Origin: the human T2T-CHM13v2.0 reference genome, Homo sapiens
Strand: one strand, 5' to 3'
Length of the DNA stretch: 64,000 nucleotides
NCBI RefSeq assembly: GCF_009914755.1
Contig: NC_060928.1
Below, in pieces: positions 1 through 12,937 of the stretch (within the stretch, counting starts at the first letter, position 1; every line of letters begins with the position of its first letter). Below the pieces are notes generated by a model. That model was not told where the DNA came from. It saw only the letters and a list, made by a program, of their open reading frames with translations, and made no database searches. The translations under genes were made by a program, and so were the position numbers.

Positions 1-502
1 TTTTGTAAGTTAAGTCATTGGGACAATCAATGAGGGGTGGGTTGAAATGTGGGGGTTAGAGTCTTGCATGACCTACCCTGGATAGCTTCTTGGCTGCCTT
101 TGCTTCAACCCCTCCTAACAACTGCTGCTGCTCTCCTCCTTGGGGAAAGTAAAGGAGGTGGTGGGGAAGGGCCATGGAGTAGGGAAGTGGAGAAGGAGGA
201 AAGGAAGTATACATATGCATTTCACTATTTTGCACCCCTTCCCCTAGTGTGGGCCTCAGCACACATACTGGGAGGGTTGGACATGTGCCCAGCAGCATCT
301 CAGGACAGGTAGTGCCCAACCCCAGCCCGGGCTGTTAACTCAATGGTGGATTCATTAGGGGCCCCTTGACCACTCCCATCCAGATGCAGAGTATGTCTCA
401 GCTGGGATGCAGTGCATTGTGGTTTTCAGGTGGTTGGATGGCAGGCCCGTGGGAAGGAGAGCTTGACTTCCCTGCCCTTGGCCAGGTCCCCACTTTTACA
501 TT

Positions 503-1075
503 ATGCCCTTGGAAACAAAATACAGGTTCAGTCGCTTGCCACCTACAGAGTCCAATAACAAAGGAGAGGTCTGGTATTTCAAGACTTTTATTTCAAAACT
601 AGCTTAGAGGAAACAGTACCAGCTTCCTGTCTTAAGGGTCTTGCTTTGCTTTTGGAGCAGAAAGCAGGCACTTTTAAAAGGCATGAGAGGAAGTGAGCAG
701 GTAGGTGGTCTGCATGCTAGCTCAGTGCCTTATCTACCAGACAATTGAGTTGGCATTTTTGTGGTCAGAAAGGGTTGTAGAGGTGGCCCAAAACTCTCCA
801 GATGGGAGAGAGTTTTGTAGCGGGACTTTGGGTTGCAAACTGAATGTTATCTCTGGAGGCAACCTCCTGGTGTGTGACAGCCCGCTCTGGAGTTTCTAAG
901 TCCACAGTTAAATCAACTTACTTTGTAGGGAGTGTCTGCTGAAGAGACAGTAAAAGGCTATAATTGTGTTTCTAAAGAGCTAAGTAGGAAGCAGGGGAAA
1001 GGAGGAAAGAGGAGATAGAAAAGAGAGAAAAAATAATTAAACTAGCTCTTAGATTAATGGGGGTATTTGAGTATA
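503..1075 (-). mobile_element. Solo ERV1-class (MER4-group-like) LTR, subfamily unassigned
   Basis: Minus-strand AATAAA (tttatt ~588-593). The minus strand starts tatactcaaatacccccatt..ctaagagctagtttaattatttttt, which resembles ERV1 LTR starts. Boundaries approximate. Confidence 0.55.
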
Positions 1076-1173
1076 GTCTGGGTCCCATGAATTATATAGC
1101 CAGCATTATCTGCAGTGAGTATATCAGCCATGGGAAGTGACTGAGTCAATCACTCTAAGATAACCCAACTTCT

Positions 1174-1313
1174 GGCCAGGCACTGTGGCTCACGCCTGTA
1201 ATCCCAGCACTTTGGGAGGTCGAGGCAGGTAGATCACGAGGTCAGGAGATCAAGACCATCAAAAATTAGCAAAATACAAAAATAAAATCAGCAAATACAA
1301 AAAAAAAAAAGAA
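1174..1313 (+). mobile_element. Alu (AluY/Sc-type) left arm only, with A-tail and TSD
   Basis: ggccaggcactgtggctcacgcctgtaatcccagcactttgggagg...gatcacgaggtcaggagatcaagaccatc, then an A-rich tract. TSD aagataacccaacttct (1157-1173) / aagaaaacccaacttcc (1314-1330). Confidence 0.95.
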
Positions 1314-1446
1314 AAGAAAACCCAACTTCCTTGCCTTTAGGTAGATTATTCCAAGACATGAGTTTTACAATGTTTTTTTTAGAGCTCTCCCCACCCAATT
1401 AAGTTTATTGTGGTAACTGGCTTGATAAAAAAAATCCTGTATTGAG

Positions 1447-1794
1447 TGTACTCATCTGTTTTCACACCACTGATAAAGATATGCCTGAGACTGGGTATTT
1501 TATAAAGAAATAAAAAGCTTTAATGGACTCATAGTTCCACATTTTTCCTCACAATAATGGCAGAAGGTAAAAGACACGTCTCACATGGCAGCAAGCCAGA
1601 GAAAATGAGAGCCAAGTGAAAGGGAAAACCCCTTATAAAGCCAACCGATCTCATGAGACTTACTCAGCACCATGAGTACACTATGGGGGAAACCACCCCC
1701 ATGATTCTATTATCTCCCACCAGGTCCCTCCCACAACATGTGGGAATTATGGGAGCTACAATTCAAGATGAGATTTGGGTGAGGACACAGCCAA
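1447..1794 (-). mobile_element. THE1 (ERVL-MaLR) solo LTR
   Basis: gataaagatatgcctgagactgggta...catgagaacttactca-like core...ttcaagatgagatttgggtgaggacacagccaa matches the THE1 consensus in reverse; last few terminal bases missing. Confidence 0.92.
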
Positions 1795-2037
1795 GTTTCT
1801 TTTACATGATGTTGCTTTAAAATGCCATTATAATTACTTTGTATTATTCCCCATCACCTGTATCTCACTACCACACTTCCATGGATTATTATGTTACACA
1901 GTGTTGAAGAGATGTCTGGCTAAACAAAACCCACTACATGTTTGAATTCCAGGCATTTTGATGTTTGTTTGAGAGATATAAAAAGCCTTTTAAAAATTAG
2001 GGCTGTCACTGAAAATCTGGGAAATTTGGTAACTCTA

Positions 2038-2415
<378 letters not shown>

Positions 2416-2468
2416 TCACGTCCATGTGAAGAGACCACCAAACAGGCTTTGTGTGAGCAATAAAGCTG

Positions 2469-2474
2469 TTTATT
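2469..2474 (-). terminator. LTR7 polyadenylation signal AATAAA
   Basis: GAAATAAACAG on the minus strand in the R region of LTR7. Confidence 0.75.
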
Positions 2475-2539
2475 TCACCTGGGTGCAGCTGGGCTGAGTC
2501 CGAAAAGAGAGTCAGAGAAAGGAGATAAGGGTGGGGCTG

Positions 2540-2546
2540 TTTTATA
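2540..2546 (-). promoter_or_regulatory. LTR7 TATA box (TATAAAA)
   Basis: CCTATAAAA on the minus strand at the usual LTR7 U3 position. Confidence 0.75.
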
Positions 2547-3507
2547 GGATTTGGGTAGATAAAGGAAAATTACAGTCAAAGGGGGGGTGTTCTCTGGCGT
2601 GCAGAGTGGGGGTCACAAGGTGCTCAGTAGGGGAGCTTTTGAGCCAGGATGACCCAGGAGAAGGAATCTCACAAGACAATGTCATCAGTTAAGGCAGGAA
2701 CCCGCCATCTGGATGTGTACGTGCAGGTCACAGGGGATATGATGGCTTAGCTTGGGCTCAGAGGCCTGACATTCCTGTCTTCTTATATTAATAAGAAAAA
2801 TAAAATGAAATAGTGGTAAAGTGTTGGGATGGTGAAAATTTTAGGGGGTGGTATGGAGAGATAATGGGCAATGTTTCTCAGGGCTGTTTCGAGCGGGATT
2901 AGGGGTGGCGTGGGAACCTAGAGTGGGAGAGATTAAGCTGAAGGAAGATTTTGTGGTAAGGGGTGATCTTGTGGGGTTGTTAGAAGAAACATTTATTGTG
3001 TAGAATTATTGGTGATGGCCTGGATACCGTTTTGTATGAATTGAAAAACTAAATGGAATAAGAGAAGGAGAAAAACAGGTATAAAAGGTCTAAGAATTGG
3101 GACGACCCAGGACATCTGATTAGAGAGTGCCTAAGGAGATTCAGCATAGTCCTGCCAGCAGAGATTATTTATTTACTTCAAGAGTTAAGAGTGGCAGTTT
3201 GGGAATAGTACCAGGAGATATCAGCTGTGATGGCTTGCAGAAACAGTGTAAACCGGCAGTGTAAACAAGAGCAGGGCATGTATGAGTAGTTGAGAACGGT
3301 GAATAGGCGTATGACTAGACAGAACATAGTAGGGATGACAAGTTTTTTTGGGGCACAGTCTAAGTTGTTCTGGTGTCTGGAATGAGACTGGGGCCTAATA
3401 AAAAGGAGCATCTATACAGGAGCTCAAATGGGCTGTACCCTGTAGCATTCTGAGGACAGGCCTGACTTCTGAGAAGGGAAAGTGGTAAAAGTATTGTCCA
3501 GTCTTTT

Positions 3508-3873
3508 TTAAGTTGGTGGCTGAGCTTGGTGAGGTGTGTTTTTAAAAGACCTTTTAGTCCATTCTACTTTTCCTGAAGACGGAGGACCGTAAGGGATATA
3601 AAGGTTTGACTGAATACTAAGAGCCTGAAAAACTGCTTGGCTGATTTGACTAATAAAGGCTGGTCTATTATCAGACTGTATAGAGATGGGAAGGCTAAAC
3701 TGAGGAATTATGTCTGACAGAAGGGAAGAAATGACTGCGGTGGCCTTCTCAGACGCTGTAGGAAAGGCCTCTACCCAACCAGTGAAAGTGTCTACCCAGA
3801 CTAAGAGGTATTTTAGTTTTCTGACTTGGGGCATGTTGAGTAAAGCCAATTTGCCAGTCCTGGGCGGGGGCAA
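3508..3873 (-). pseudogene. pol: HERV-H integrase core remnant
   Basis: ORF contains KYLLVWVDTFTGWVEAFP...IQSDNRPAFISQ (rve core); frameshifted at both ends. Confidence 0.92.
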
Positions 3874-4029
3874 ATCCCCGAGCTTGATGTGTAGGGAAGG
3901 GAAGGGGCCTGAATAATCCCTGAGGAGTAGTAGAATAGCAGATGGAACACTGAGAAGTTATTTCCTTGAGGATAGATTTCCACGATGGAAAGGAAATGAG
4001 AGGTTCTAAGAGGCGGGCTAGTGGCTTGT

Positions 4030-4422
4030 GCTATAGCATAGCCTGCCTTTGCTGGTGTGTGGCGATTAGGCCTGGTGGAACCACCATCAATAAATCAAGC
4101 GTGATCAGGGTGAGGAACAGGAAAGAAGGAAATATGGGGAAATGGGGTGAATGTCAGGCGCATCAGAGAGATACAGTCATGGGGGTCAGGTGTGGTATCA
4201 GGAATAATGTGGAAGTCGGGATTAAAGTCCAGGCCAGGAACAATGGTAATTATGGGACTTAACAAAGAGTGAGTACAGCTGAAGGAGCCGGGGAGCAGAA
4301 AGTATATGCGTCAGGTATGAGGAAGAAAATAGATTTTGGAAGTTATGAGAAATGTAGAGAGTGAGTTGAGCATAGTTCATGATTTTTAGGGCCTCTAAAA
4401 CTATTAAAGCAGCAGCAGCCAC
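4030..4422 (-). pseudogene. pol: HERV-H connection/RNase H remnant
   Basis: AAAALIVLEALKI..LSAPRLLQLYSLFV, followed by a *FIDGGS..AKAGYAI RNase H-like motif near 4030-4100. Confidence 0.8.
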
Positions 4423-4629
4423 TGCACGCAGACATGAGGGCTAGGCTAAAACAGTAGGTCAAGTTGTTTGGACAGAAAGGCTACAGGGTGCAGTCCTGGC
4501 TCTTGTGTAAGAATTCTGACCGCACTAAGCATGCCTAGGAAGGAAAGGAGTTCTTGTTTTGTAAGGGATTGACGTTTGGGAGATTAATCGGCCACAATCA
4601 GCAGGGAGAGCACGTGTGTTTTTATGAGA

Positions 4630-5060
4630 ATTATGCCAAGATACGTAACAGATGTGGATGAAATTTGGGCTTGACTGAAGTAATGGGGGCTGTCTGTGAA
4701 GCCTTGCGGCAGTACAGCCCAGGTAATTTGCTGAGCCTAATGGGTGTCAGGGTCAGTCTAAGTGAAAGCGAAGAGAGGCTGGGATGAAGGGTGCAAAGGA
4801 ATAGTAAAGAAAGCATGTTTGAGATCCAGAACAGAATAGTGGATTGTGGAGGGAGGTATTGAGGATAGGAGAGTATATGGGTTTGGCACCACGGGGTGGA
4901 TAGGCAAAACAATTCGGTTGATAAGGCGCAGATTCTGAACTAACCTGTAAGCCTTGCCTGGTTTTAGGACAGGTAAAATGGGGGAATGGTAAGGAGAGTG
5001 TATAGGCTTTAAAAGGCCATGCTGTAACAGGTGAGTGATAACAGGCTTTAATCTTTTCAA
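4630..5060 (-). pseudogene. pol: HERV-H reverse transcriptase remnant lacking YxDD
   Basis: SPYHSPILPVLKPGKAYRLVQNLRLIN..DLKHAFFTIPLHPSSQPLFAFT, then LPQGFTDSPHYFSQA joined directly to QISSTSVTYLGI. Confidence 0.92.
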
Positions 5061-5338
5061 AGCGTGCAGTGGGATGGGATATTGGCATTGAGCCGGGTAA
5101 GAGTGATTAAGTTTTAATAGGATGGTAAGGGGGGCATGATCGGTCGCTAAGGAGGGAGTAGAGATGTCCTATACTTGTGGCTTAAGGTGGGGAGACACAA
5201 GGGGAGGATGTGAAGGAGGCTTTGAACTGGGGGAAAAGGTGGCAATGAGGTGTGGCTGTAGCCTAGGAATAGTCAGGGAAGCAGATAATTTAGTTAAAAT
5301 ATCTCGGCCTAATAAGGGAACTGGGCAGGTGGGGATAA

Positions 5339-5527
5339 CTAAAAAGGAGTGCTTAAAAGAGTATTGTCAAAGTTGGCACCAGAGTTGGGGAGTTTTAAGA
5401 GGTTTAGAAGCCTGGCCGTCAATAGCACAACAGTTATGGAAGCAAGGGAAACAGGCCCTTGAAAATAAGGTAATATGGAGTGAGTAGCCTCCGTATTGAT
5501 TAAGAAGGGGACGGACTTACTTTCCAC
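5339..5527 (-). pseudogene. pro: HERV-H aspartic protease remnant
   Basis: SVPFLINTEATHSIL: the catalytic DTG is replaced by NTE. Confidence 0.85.
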
Positions 5528-5696
5528 TGTGAGAGTTACTCAAAGCTTGGTGTCCGTGATGGTCTAGGGGGCTTCTGAGGCGATCCGGCAGTGTCAGTCT
5601 TCAGCCACGAAGCCGAGAAGATCTGGGAAGGAGTCAGTCAGAGAGCCTTGGGCCAGCATTCCAGGGGCTCTGGGAGTGGCTGCCAGGTGAGTTGAA

Positions 5697-6435
5697 CAGT
5701 CTGATTTTCAATGGGTTCCTACACAGATGGGATACGGCTTAGGAGGAATCCTGGGCTGTGGGCATTCCTTGGCCCAGTGGCCAGATTTCCGGCACTTGTA
5801 GCAAACTCCTGGGAGAGGAGGTTCTGGAGGAACCCCTGGCAGCTGCGGTTCAGGTGTTTGGAGTTCTTGTGTGCTGGAAATGTGGCTGGGGTTTGTCTCA
5901 CAGTGGAGGCAAGGAATTGCAACTCAGAAATACATTGCTACTTGGCTGCCTCTACTCTTATTACTGCACATCTTGAAGGCAATGTTAATTAAGTCCTGTT
6001 GTGGGGTTTGAGGTCTGGAATTTAATTTTTGCAGTTTTATTTAATGTCAGGAGCGGATTGGGTAATAAAATGTATATTGAGAATAAGACGGCCTTTTGAC
6101 CTTTTAAGGTCTAGGGCTGTAAAGCATCTCAGGGTTGCTGCCGAACGAGCCATGAACTGGGCTGGGTTTTTCATATTTGATGAAAAAGAGCCTAAACGCT
6201 ATCTGATTTGGGATAAAGAAAAAGGAGCATTAACCTTGACTATGCCTTTAGCTCCAGCCACCTTTTTAAGAGCAAATTGCTGGGCAGGTGGGGGAGGGCT
6301 AGTCACGGAAGGAAACTGTAAGCTGGACCAGGTGTGAGGAGGGGAGGTGATAAAAGGATTATAGGGTGGAGGAGTGGAGGCTAAGGAAGAATTGGGACCT
6401 AGCTCGGCCTGGTGAGGAGCAGCCTGGGGAGAAGG
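5697..6435 (-). pseudogene. gag: HERV-H gag 3' remnant with CCHC zinc knuckle
   Basis: Minus strand at ~5762-5803 encodes CYKCRKSGHWAKEC; a degenerate second knuckle (PYPICVGTH*KSDC) lies at ~5696-5737. Confidence 0.88.
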
Positions 6436-6559
6436 CTTATAACATTATCTACATTGAATTTAACCTCTTACCCAGACAGTAAATTTACTTCCTTTTATTT
6501 ATAATCTTCATGTGTTTTATTGATAAACATTTGCATAAAAATTAGCTAAAATTTATCAA

Positions 6560-6790
6560 GTGCATACCATGTATTGGGCAGCCTTCTAAGTACTTCATAT
6601 TTATTAATTCACTTATTTTTTTCAATACTCATTTATTAAATAATCCTCATTTTACAGTTGAAGAAATTAAACTCAAGAGAAAGAAATTGGGTAGTTAAGT
6701 AATCTACACAGTCACATAACAGTAAGAGGCAGAAACAGAATGTGAACCCAAACAGTGGGTTTCAGAGGTGCCTTCTTAATCAATTTATTA
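6560..6790 (-). mobile_element. MIR SINE
   Basis: cctcattttacagttgaagaaatt...gttaagtaatct...gtcacata...gaaccca, the MIR core in reverse. Confidence 0.8.
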
Positions 6791-7234
6791 TTCTGCTACT
6801 TTGTATTATTCTGATACTTTATATCAGAAAATGAAGAAAAAGAGAAAGTGACCCTAATTGTCTGAAGTGTTTAGTTCATCCTTGCATTCCCTATCACACG
6901 ATAGTAATAAAAAAACATTTTTAAAGTTATTTTAATTATGAGCATGCATACAAAAATTCTAGGTTAATGGGTGGATGGAATGCAATGATTATACAAACTA
7001 AAAAGTCAAGAAATGTAGTTCTTAGGAGTAAAACTTAAAAAGAGAAACAATGCATCTTTTATAAAGCATTTAATGTTACACAAACTTAGGAAATTAATAG
7101 AATTTGATAAAGCTGACATATGATATCTACTGGAAATTTGAAAGCAAATATTGTTTTAAATGTTGCTGTAAATGTTGAAATAAGCTTGTTAATTAAATGG
7201 TGTCTGTTCAACAAGCTCTGGCTGTCTTGGCCTA

Positions 7235-7970
7235 TGCAATACAAGAAGAAAATAAAACAGGAGATATGCAGATTGGAAAAAAGCATCAGAATTTTCTGCC
7301 AAGCTTATGACTATCGATGTAGAAAACCAAAGAAGTTCTCATCTACACTCATGGAACTGAGAGACTTCAGCAATGTTGCTACTCATAAGAGCCACATGAA
7401 AAAATTAATAACCTTCCAAAAGATCAATGAAAAAACAATCAAGATACGTAATTAAAAGAAACATTTCTCTTGTAACAACAACAAAAGACATTGGATAGTC
7501 ATAGACCTTTAAGAAAAGATGTGTAAGATCTATGAGGATTAGTGAAGGTTTTACAGAAAGACCTAAATTAAGGTGAGGTATGAATAGGAAGGTGTTAAAG
7601 CAAGAATATAAATTTTCCAAAATGTATGCCAAAAATTATTTTCTGAAATATTTCCCAAATCTCACAGTTCAATGAAGTGCCAATCAAAACCATATCAAGA
7701 TTTTTTTCTGTGGTGATTTTTTAAAACTTAATTTGAAGTGTCGTTAACAGAGAGTAAGTATACAAAAATAGTCAAGAGAAACCTAAAAAACAGAAGAAGG
7801 AATGAATCAATCTAACAAATATCAAGACTTTTTACATAGCTACCTTAATTAATAGAGTGCAGTATTTGTGTAAAAAGAAGCCATTATTTCAGTGGATTAT
7901 CACTTCAAAGCCCAAAGGCAAAGGAAAGAATACTTGAGAAATTAGTATGTGAGAGGATTGATTATCAGTT
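7235..7970 (+). mobile_element. Old L1M ORF2 fragment
   Basis: gcaatacaagaagaaaataaaac...gattggaaaa...gtagaaaaccaaag...ttcagcaatgttgct; highly diverged L1 RT region. Confidence 0.7.
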
Positions 7971-8016
7971 TCTAGTTATTTCTAATCTATAAGTAGACCA
8001 GAAGTTGAGTTTGATT

Positions 8017-8019
8017 ATA

Positions 8020-8073
<54 letters not shown>

Positions 8074-8090
8074 TATACATATATATATGA
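8017..8090. repeat. (TG)n(TA)n compound microsatellite
   Basis: Seen directly. Confidence 0.95.
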
Positions 8091-10794
8091 TTATGTATAT
8101 TACATATTTGAGCAAAATTTGCTACTATGGTTATATTTTTAGTGAATATTTGAGGAAATAAATAAAATCCAAGAAAATAGCAATTCAATCTTATGTCAAT
8201 AAGTAACTGTGTAATTGTCAAATAAAAAAATCCATAAAATGAACATTATTAACAACTAATACAAGACCAGCTCTTGAGTAGACCATGAAGTGTAACTAAT
8301 CAACAATTATGGCAAAGTTTTTTCTCTTTTGTGAGAACGAATTACAATGTTTTCCTTACAGCTTTTTGAATCAGATATTATGGCTCTGAAAGCAAATTTA
8401 ATTTTCATCGCAATTCATGACTCAGATATCTTTTCAGTGGAAAGCAGTGAATTGGCTGCCAATTAGATTGATGCTATTTGAATCTGCATGCATGTTCTTG
8501 AAATAATCCTAAAAGAATTCAATTCAACTTGCTGACAAAAGAACTGATCTATACTGCTGGGTTTTTTTTTCTTTTTATTCATCCTATTATGTTCCCTAAT
8601 CCTGAGTATATTTTTTACTAGGAATGAATGAAGATTGATTCAGTCCCAATTACAGAGGCCATTCAGTTAATTACCCTCATGTTATCCATATAATGTACAC
8701 CTATATAAATGAAAGTCACTTTTCTCTGAAGTCTCAAGTCTATGAATTTCTTATGGGACCAGTGCAGAACAGGTAATATTGCAATTATAATTGGATACAT
8801 ATGCTTGTAATTACACTGCCCCACTCAGATCTTCTTACTCTACCTAGTATCTGATAAAACTGATAGTTGGGAAAATGAGAAATAGAATTCTGATTCGGTC
8901 TGTAATGCAGATTTATTTCTTGAAAGCTACAAAAGTGATTTCTCAAAAGACAACTGCTATATTTTAAAAAATAAAATCTTGCAGTAAACAAGTTTCCTAA
9001 GAGAGTATATCTCTTATTCTAGAGAAAATAATTCATTGTTTTAGAAACTAGAAAGCCTAAGTAGCCTAGGGTTTCATAGAACATAAGTTGAAATTAATTG
9101 ACCTCATTATAAATAATGACCTTTCCTAACAGAGCATGTTGATGAGTATCTGTATGTGCAGAAGTGTCTTAAGAAAATGATTGGTGAAGGCAATCTCATA
9201 CTATGCCTTCAGACACTCATTTCTTTTAATTTTCATCTACTTCTTACATTTCACTGTTTTTCCAAGCTCATGCTAAATTTCTCAGAGTTGCTTCTTTGTT
9301 TTGCTCTGACTCATTGCAGTTTCTTTGTGTTACATACATCCTTTAAGTCCCCCCTTGAGATGGTAATAATCTGTTTTCGTCTCTGCCAACTCCCTCCCCA
9401 ACAACACGGCATATTTAATTGTAACTTCAGGAGGCACAATTATTCTTATTATAGAATTCAGACAATGGAATGGGTAAACACATATAAGATGATGAGAGTC
9501 AGAATAAGTATATATAAGAGAAAAATAGTTCATATGTTGTCACATGTGCTATTGTGACAATACAATAGTGTTGTGTATGGAAAGCAAGGATCTTCTCCCA
9601 ATATCTACAGGCTTATTATGTGATAAGTGATATTTTTTCTGTGGATGAAGAGACAGAACCAGAAAATATTGGCAATGCTAACAGGACACATGTTAGTTCA
9701 ACTGTATGGAGAACTTCCTGCCAGGCAATGGGATGAGTTAACTAAGGACAACGGAGCTGTGTCATGCTAATGATTATCTGAGGAGTGTGAAGTTTACCCT
9801 ATTGTCAATGGACAGCTAAGAAATAGAGGAATAACTTTTTAACAATAGATCAATTCTGTTCTTGCCAAATGAATATTTAGCCAAATGATGAATTCAGCAT
9901 CCATTTGGTTTAGATAGAACAATGTACTTAGAGTAGAGGACTGAAAAATAAGGCAGATGATTTGGAAGAGATGCACACGTGAGTATGGTCCATGTAGAGG
10001 TCATAGTTAGTATTATGAAAGAAAAGTTAATGGGTTTTACAGTATGAAAGAAGGCAAAAAGGAGAGTGCTGGGAGCATGGAAAACTTGGAGAAAGACATT
10101 ATATATATATACATATATATGTATATATATGTAATGTAAAGACATTACACACACATGTGGAGTAAAAATGCAATAGAAAATAAGACAGATGAACATAACA
10201 TTAAATAAACTAAAATACTTTTATGACAGATGAGAAAATTGTATAACGTAAGTGCTGGGGTTGGAGGACAAAATTTTGTTCCTGGGATTAAAGAATGCTG
10301 GTGAATTGAAAAGATCAAGAAGTAATAAAAGAAGTGTCTTCATCCCTTTATATTGTTATGTCATTGAACTCTCTTATGGATTGAGTAGAAGATTACAAGT
10401 GTATTGCCCCTTTGTTTTTCTCAATTAATTTTTATAGAAGTATGGTGATTGAAACTACCAGTATCAATCAAGATGGTCTAGGATATGGAATGATAACAGC
10501 CAACTGTAGCACATCAGTGATTTCAGACCACACCCAGACTGTTGGAGCGGCCACTCAAACATTGCTAATACTGGAGCAGAAGGCTCTGTGTGGTCTTAAT
10601 TGGCAATTAAATGAGCCAGCCTGGAAATGACATGAGTCAGGTCAAGTGTACCCAAAACTGATTGACCTGATAGATATTTAATGGTTGTTTATTCTCAAGT
10701 AGTGAGGATATCCTACCCATTCACTAGCTAGATCAGAGCTGTGTCCTAATGAACATGGGTACTCTACACGCATATTAAAAAACACTTATTGCTT

Positions 10795-10985
10795 AGAAGG
10801 GTATGATGGACTTGGGGACTTAGAGAGGAAGGTTGGGAGGAGGATGAGAGATGAAGGACTACACACTGGGTACATTGTACACTGCTCGAGTGATGGGCAC
10901 ACTAAAATCTCAGAAATCACCAGTAAAGAACGTATCCATGTAACCAAACTCACCTGTACTCCCTAAACTATTGAAATAAAAACAA
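10795..10985 (+). mobile_element. L1PA15/16-like 3' UTR fragment
   Basis: ctacacactgggtacattgtacactgctcgagtgatggg...aaatctcagaaatcacc...catgtaacca...ctattgaaataaa. Confidence 0.85.
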
Positions 10986-12937
10986 AACAGTTGTTGGTTT
11001 TGTTGCTGTGTTATTGCTATTGCAATACAAAATATGAAAAAAAAAAGAACCAGGAATATCTAAGTCAGTTAAAAATAGTTTATTCGTACTCCCAGAAAAC
11101 TCAGAGGCCATAAAATAAATAGTTGGAAGCAAAAAAACTAGAATTGGAGAGAATTAGAGTGAACAAATTTGCAATGAGGAAAATAATGCCAGCAATGAAA
11201 CTAATTATTTATGTGAAAAAATATTTCCAAAATATCAACTAAACATTTAAAAAGTGACAACCTAAACAATCATTTAATTAAAATGATAAATGATCAAATA
11301 AGACATAAAAATAAACTCTCTAGAAATATATACAAAAAATGGAAAGACTTAGAAACTGTTCTTATAAAATTCATAAAATTATAGAAAATTATAATTCCTA
11401 TTTTTATTAAAACAATAGTAAAATGCATATTATTATATATGCTGATGGGATTGTAATCAGAAAAAAGTGTTTTATGAGACATTTTGTTCATAGAAATTAA
11501 TTATAATGAGATGGTGTTAAATAGAAAGAATATCAACCATAAAGAGAGGTTGCCTAAATTTGAAATCAGATCATAACATTCACCACTTCTGGATGAAAAC
11601 TTTACATTTTAACCGTTTAAATATTTATTTGTTTCCATCCATCTCCTAGAAATTAAAAACATACCTAACAGTGAGCAAAAGATGCAGCCTAATGAGGTTC
11701 AGTGAAGCATTGTTTATTTTACCGAAACTGAAGAAAACATATAATAAATTATTCTGTACAGAATTTGCCACACAAAAAAATTAACGTATCTCCATAATGT
11801 AATGAATGCAATATATTTTTTAATGTATTCATCTGAAAAGATATTTAATATATTATTATGTGACAAAAACCAGTGAAAAAAGAGTATGTGCAGTCTTTCC
11901 CACTTTTAGAAAGAATACATTAGTATAAGAACAAATAAACACAAGAATATACAAACATTAGAGCAGTTTCCTTTGGCAGATGCAATTATGAAGAAATTTT
12001 ACCTTAGTATTCATTTTAAATATTTTAATAATAAATAACCTTAAATTACTTTTATGATAAAAAATAGAACTGTAACAATAGAAGCTAATGGATTCATTTA
12101 AAGTATATTCCAAAATATTATGTTGGTAGTAGGATAACAACTTAGAAAAGTCCATGTACCATGTGCTACACATTACAGTTTTAAAGTGCCTTTAGTAACA
12201 TCTGACAAAAGTTGATAATATAGCACTTAACGACCATTGTACAGAATAAAGAGCCAATACTACTGATAAAGGCATATTACCCACAATTGGGGCATGAAAT
12301 TTTCATTTTCCATTAAGATTCATTTTATACAGCTCCTCTAAATGGCCTCTTACGAGCCCATTCCTGCTGTCATCCTGCCCACTTGCTTACATAAACAGAA
12401 ATTTAACAGCCCATATTCTTGAATCCGTACACTTAACATTAAGTGGGTGCTTCTCTGAAATAGTGATACACATGTTTATTAGGAAATATGATGATATTTA
12501 TCATTTAATGTCATGCTTTATTTGGTATATGGAAAATTCTGTAAAGTGAAAGCAATTTCCAAATTTATAAATTATTTTCTAATGTGCATTTCAAAAGCAG
12601 TAGCTCCATTTTCCGAGTTTTAAATCTGAACAAGAACAATTCTATTTGCCCTTGATCTATATTGCATTGTATTGATGTGATATTTCATGGACCATTATTT
12701 TATAAATCAGATTTCTAACATACTTAGGACCTAAGTTATGTCAATACCTCCAATCAACTACTATTATCCTGTTTTCATATTTGCAATATATTTATAATAG
12801 CTTCTTAGTAGAGGTAGCTAAAATTATAATTAAAAGCAAGACTGTGCGTTTGTCACAGGAGAAGAATGTTAAAAGATGCTGTTACTATTAGGATTATTAA
12901 TAATGCTATTATTTTACTATTATTATATTCTTCAAAG

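Larger units (their letters stand above)
2772..6435 (-). mobile_element. HERV-H internal region, common deleted type, 5'-truncated within gag
   Basis: Order on the minus strand is gag zinc knuckle, protease, RT, RNase H, integrase, short env remnant, PPT. Similarity stops abruptly at ~6435. Confidence 0.96.

Noticed and set aside
9156-9557. Longest ORF in the track (133 aa)
   Set aside because: GTG start, Leu/Phe/Cys-rich composition typical of AT-rich non-coding DNA, no motif.
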